DNA of 63,666 nt, filler included, from Lenisia limosa (taxonomy: Eukaryota; Protista; Breviatea): NCBI GenBank assembly GCA_001655205.1. It is 15 parts of 15 records of this genome, joined end to end, with 100 filler letters (N's around TTAATTAATTAA, not from the genome) between each part and the next. Parts side by side here need not be neighbours in the genome. Positions count along the whole stretch, not along the records: positions 60,731 to 62,344 come from LPNZ01003889.1; positions 62,445 to 63,666 come from LPNZ01000725.1; 13 more parts are not named here. The stretch is one strand, 5' to 3'. This document shows, one piece after another, positions 61,630 through 63,666 of the stretch; position 1 is the first letter of the stretch, and the number at the start of each line of letters is the position of its first letter. The notes under the pieces were generated by a model. It saw nothing but the letters and a program-made list of their open reading frames with translations, had not been told where the DNA came from and made no database searches. Made by a program: the position numbers and the translations under genes.

Positions 61630-62205
61630 CGAACTTGCAGAAAAATAGGCCATCAGCTTCGTAGACAAAATTGCACAGGCTCTGGGGGAATAATATTCCG
61701 AGAAGACAGAAAGGGAGGTGAAACGCTACATTGCATAATATCCTATGATATGATACGTACAAAAGCAGCAATAAAAGTGTGTATGTATGTACATGTATAT
61801 GAAGTTCGGGTTAATATCTTGAGGTTGGGAGAAATCCAGGCTTACAGGTTCAGAACCAACAAAACCGCATTCGGTGCCGTGGTTGCCTTGCACCGCCTCC
61901 ATATTTAAGCCGGAAATCAGCAAATTGACCCATTGGCCAGCTAGAGGTATGCTAGGGATTTTGTCGACGATTGTCACATTTGAGGGGCTTTCTGCAGAAG
62001 GGGAGGGGGAGTAAAATTGGAAAATTAATGAAACAAAAAAAGCCCAAAATCAACTATGTTGGTTGACAACAGTCTAACCACAAAACTAACTTCACAAGTG
62101 TGAATGTGATATGATACCCTACCTTTACAAAGTTGGTAATGCCCAGAAAAAGTATACGATTTATACTTGTAATTGCTGCAGATATCGGAACATTTGGAAT
62201 CTTCG
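61630..62205 (-). CDS. Uncharacterised multi-exon protein fragment
   Basis: PTKIPNVPISAAIT|KSPSNVTIVDKIPSIPLAGQW|AVQGNHGTECGFVGSEP|SLCNFVYEADGLFFCK; phases are consistent. Confidence 0.45.
62000..62071 (-). repeat. 3'-intron-end repeat family (copy 8)
   Basis: Minus strand gttgtcaaccaacatagttgattttgggctttttttgtttcattaattttccaattttactccccctcccc, then ttctgcAG (61992-61993). Confidence 0.85.
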
Positions 62206-62260
62206 TAGGCCTGAAAAATATTAATATGAATACCAAAAGAAGAAGGTTACCCCCCACACG

Positions 62261-62344
62261 TTGTTATTTATCCCCACTTTGTTCTTTATCCCCACTTTGT
62301 TATTTATCCCCACTTTGTTATTTATCCCCACTTTGTTATTTATC
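62261..62344. repeat. 18-bp minisatellite running into the scaffold end
   Basis: ttgttatttatccccact about 4.7 times. Confidence 0.95.
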
Positions 62345-62444
62345 NNNNNNNNNNNNNNNNNNNNNNNNNNNNNNNNNNNNNNNNNNNNTTAATTAATTAA
62401 NNNNNNNNNNNNNNNNNNNNNNNNNNNNNNNNNNNNNNNNNNNN

Positions 62445-63666
62445 CTGTGCTCGATCTTCTCTCCTATTGCGTTAACACTGGCTGTGTTGAAGCCTCAAAG
62501 CCCTGAGCCCACTTGTTGAGAAGTAGGCCTCACGCCACTTGTCAAGAACCGACTTGGCCAGCAGGATGGTGTCTATGGCTTCTTGAGGGGGAAGTCGCAG
62601 GACTGTGCGAACGTTCACCACTGTAGCGACCTAAGGTGTGAGCAGAAGAGAACTGGAAGCTCAAATATGAGGATGGGATTTGGACCAACCTTTTCGGACA
62701 GTTGCCAGGCCACACGCTCCATAAGAGGGACCATCCGATGGTCAGTATTGAAGTGCCGGGATATAATCCAAACCTGGGAGACCCGTGTTAGCAGCTTCAT
62801 TACACTGTGGTTATCATGGTCACTTTACTCACCATTCGGATAGCGGACACAAGACTTGGCACAGTCTCGAGAACCTCAACCAATGTGCCTGTTGCAAGGG
62901 TCTTGAAGTGCCTTTCAAGCGTCGTCAAGAACTTCAGGTTGTCCTGCCGGCATGAGCTAAATCCACCCAATCCAAACCAACCCAAACCACGACCTTACCT
63001 TGGCTTCGACATGAGCCTTAAGCAAGTCAGCATACTGTACCTTGAAGGACGACACTGAATGCGCTCCACAAGCTTCGGCCGCCTCAACAACCTACAGCAT
63101 CAAGCAAGGAATACATCGAAGCCTTCAACACGTTCACAAATGCTGTACAGCTCTGACAAAACACCCACAAGTCTTGCGTTGGGTCTGTTGAGCTGTTCGA
63201 AGAGGGCTGACAAATGGGCATGCCTAAAACGTCAACTTTCCACATACAAGTAGGTGACAGCAACAAAGCTTCCAGCTGCCTACTTAGAACGCCAAAAGTC
63301 GACCTCAGCAAGAGGCCCTTTTCCGGAAGCCTGCTTATTACTCTCGATCTCCACAATGTTGGCAACTGCACGAGACCATTCCTATCAAGTGGGAATAGTT
63401 AAGATTATAAAACAAAAAAAAACTGTTGGGGAAGACTAGGGGGAATGTATTATGCAGAAACGAGCAGAAGACCAGGAGCATACCTCGAGAGTAGTCTCGA
63501 GAGTAACCTGCACTTCAGCATCGTTGTGCCGGGATAACTCTTCGGCTGTGAGCGTCGGAAGTCTAATGCGGATGTCTCCGGACGCCTGCGAGAGGCTTTG
63601 CGCCAAGTTGGATTGGAACTTGCGTAAACTCGCAACAACCTCGGAACGGGACGAATCTCCGGCCGC
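62445..63666 (-). CDS. DNAH10: Axonemal inner-arm dynein heavy chain (DNAH10 / I1-alpha-like), DHC_N1 region, partial
   Basis: GKGPLAEVDFWRS|KHAHLSALFEQL, HVEAK|DNLKFLTTLERHFKTLATG..VPSLVSAIRM|VWIISRHFNTDHRMVPLMERVAWQLSEK|VATVVNVRTVL..AKSVLDKWREAYF..REKIE. Confidence 0.85.

Noticed and set aside
8661-62400. TTAATTAATTAA recurring 14 times as a biological palindrome or regulatory site
   Set aside because: It is always centred in exactly 44+44 N: a synthetic all-frame-stop linker.
1-63666. Functional gene cluster (dynein, CLASP, DIxGA-repeat protein and others as a flagellar locus)
   Set aside because: These genes lie on different scaffolds joined artificially.
1-63666. Alternative genetic code explaining the short ORFs
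   Set aside because: Removing GT-AG introns restores continuous frames, and TGA (DDX55), TAG (IPO5) and TAA (PIN4) all act as terminal stops.
1-63666. rRNA, tRNA or snRNA genes, and prokaryotic or viral contaminant segments
   Set aside because: No recognisable conserved RNA motifs or cloverleafs were seen by eye. Nearly all scaffolds carry spliceosomal introns and/or the shared repeat families. tRNAscan-SE and Infernal would be needed to exclude small RNAs.

Overview
Fragmented eukaryotic nuclear DNA from an intron-rich protist with a flagellum (it encodes an axonemal dynein heavy chain). It uses the standard genetic code: TGA, TAG and TAA each end a recognisable gene. The window is not one locus. 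It is 15 unrelated scaffolds joined by 14 artificial 100-bp linkers (44 N + TTAATTAATTAA + 44 N), so adjacency across linkers has no biological meaning. Almost all ORF-track entries are artefacts of short GT-AG introns or N runs; the genes below were rebuilt by manual splicing. Recognisable genes: DDX55/Spb4 helicase, an N-acylated CAMKK-like kinase, importin-5, CLASP, PIN4/Par14 (complete, 7 exons), DNAH10-like dynein, Kelch, WD40, ankyrin, EF-hand and ependymin-like proteins, a protein with DIxGA repeats, and a frameshifted pogo/DDE_1 transposase. Introns are dense with short non-autonomous elements: two hAT MITE families, a pogo/Tc1-type CAGTG MITE, a Harbinger-like MITE, a Ginger1-like TGT..ACA element with CCGG TSD, and an unclassified ~95-bp family. 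The most unusual signal is a ~70-100-bp repeat seen 8 times, always in the sense orientation and ending in a poly-C tract at or just before an intron 3' splice site, i.e. an Introner-like or acceptor-supplying element. No rRNA, tRNA or CRISPR array was recognised. All calls come from reading the sequence; no searches were run.
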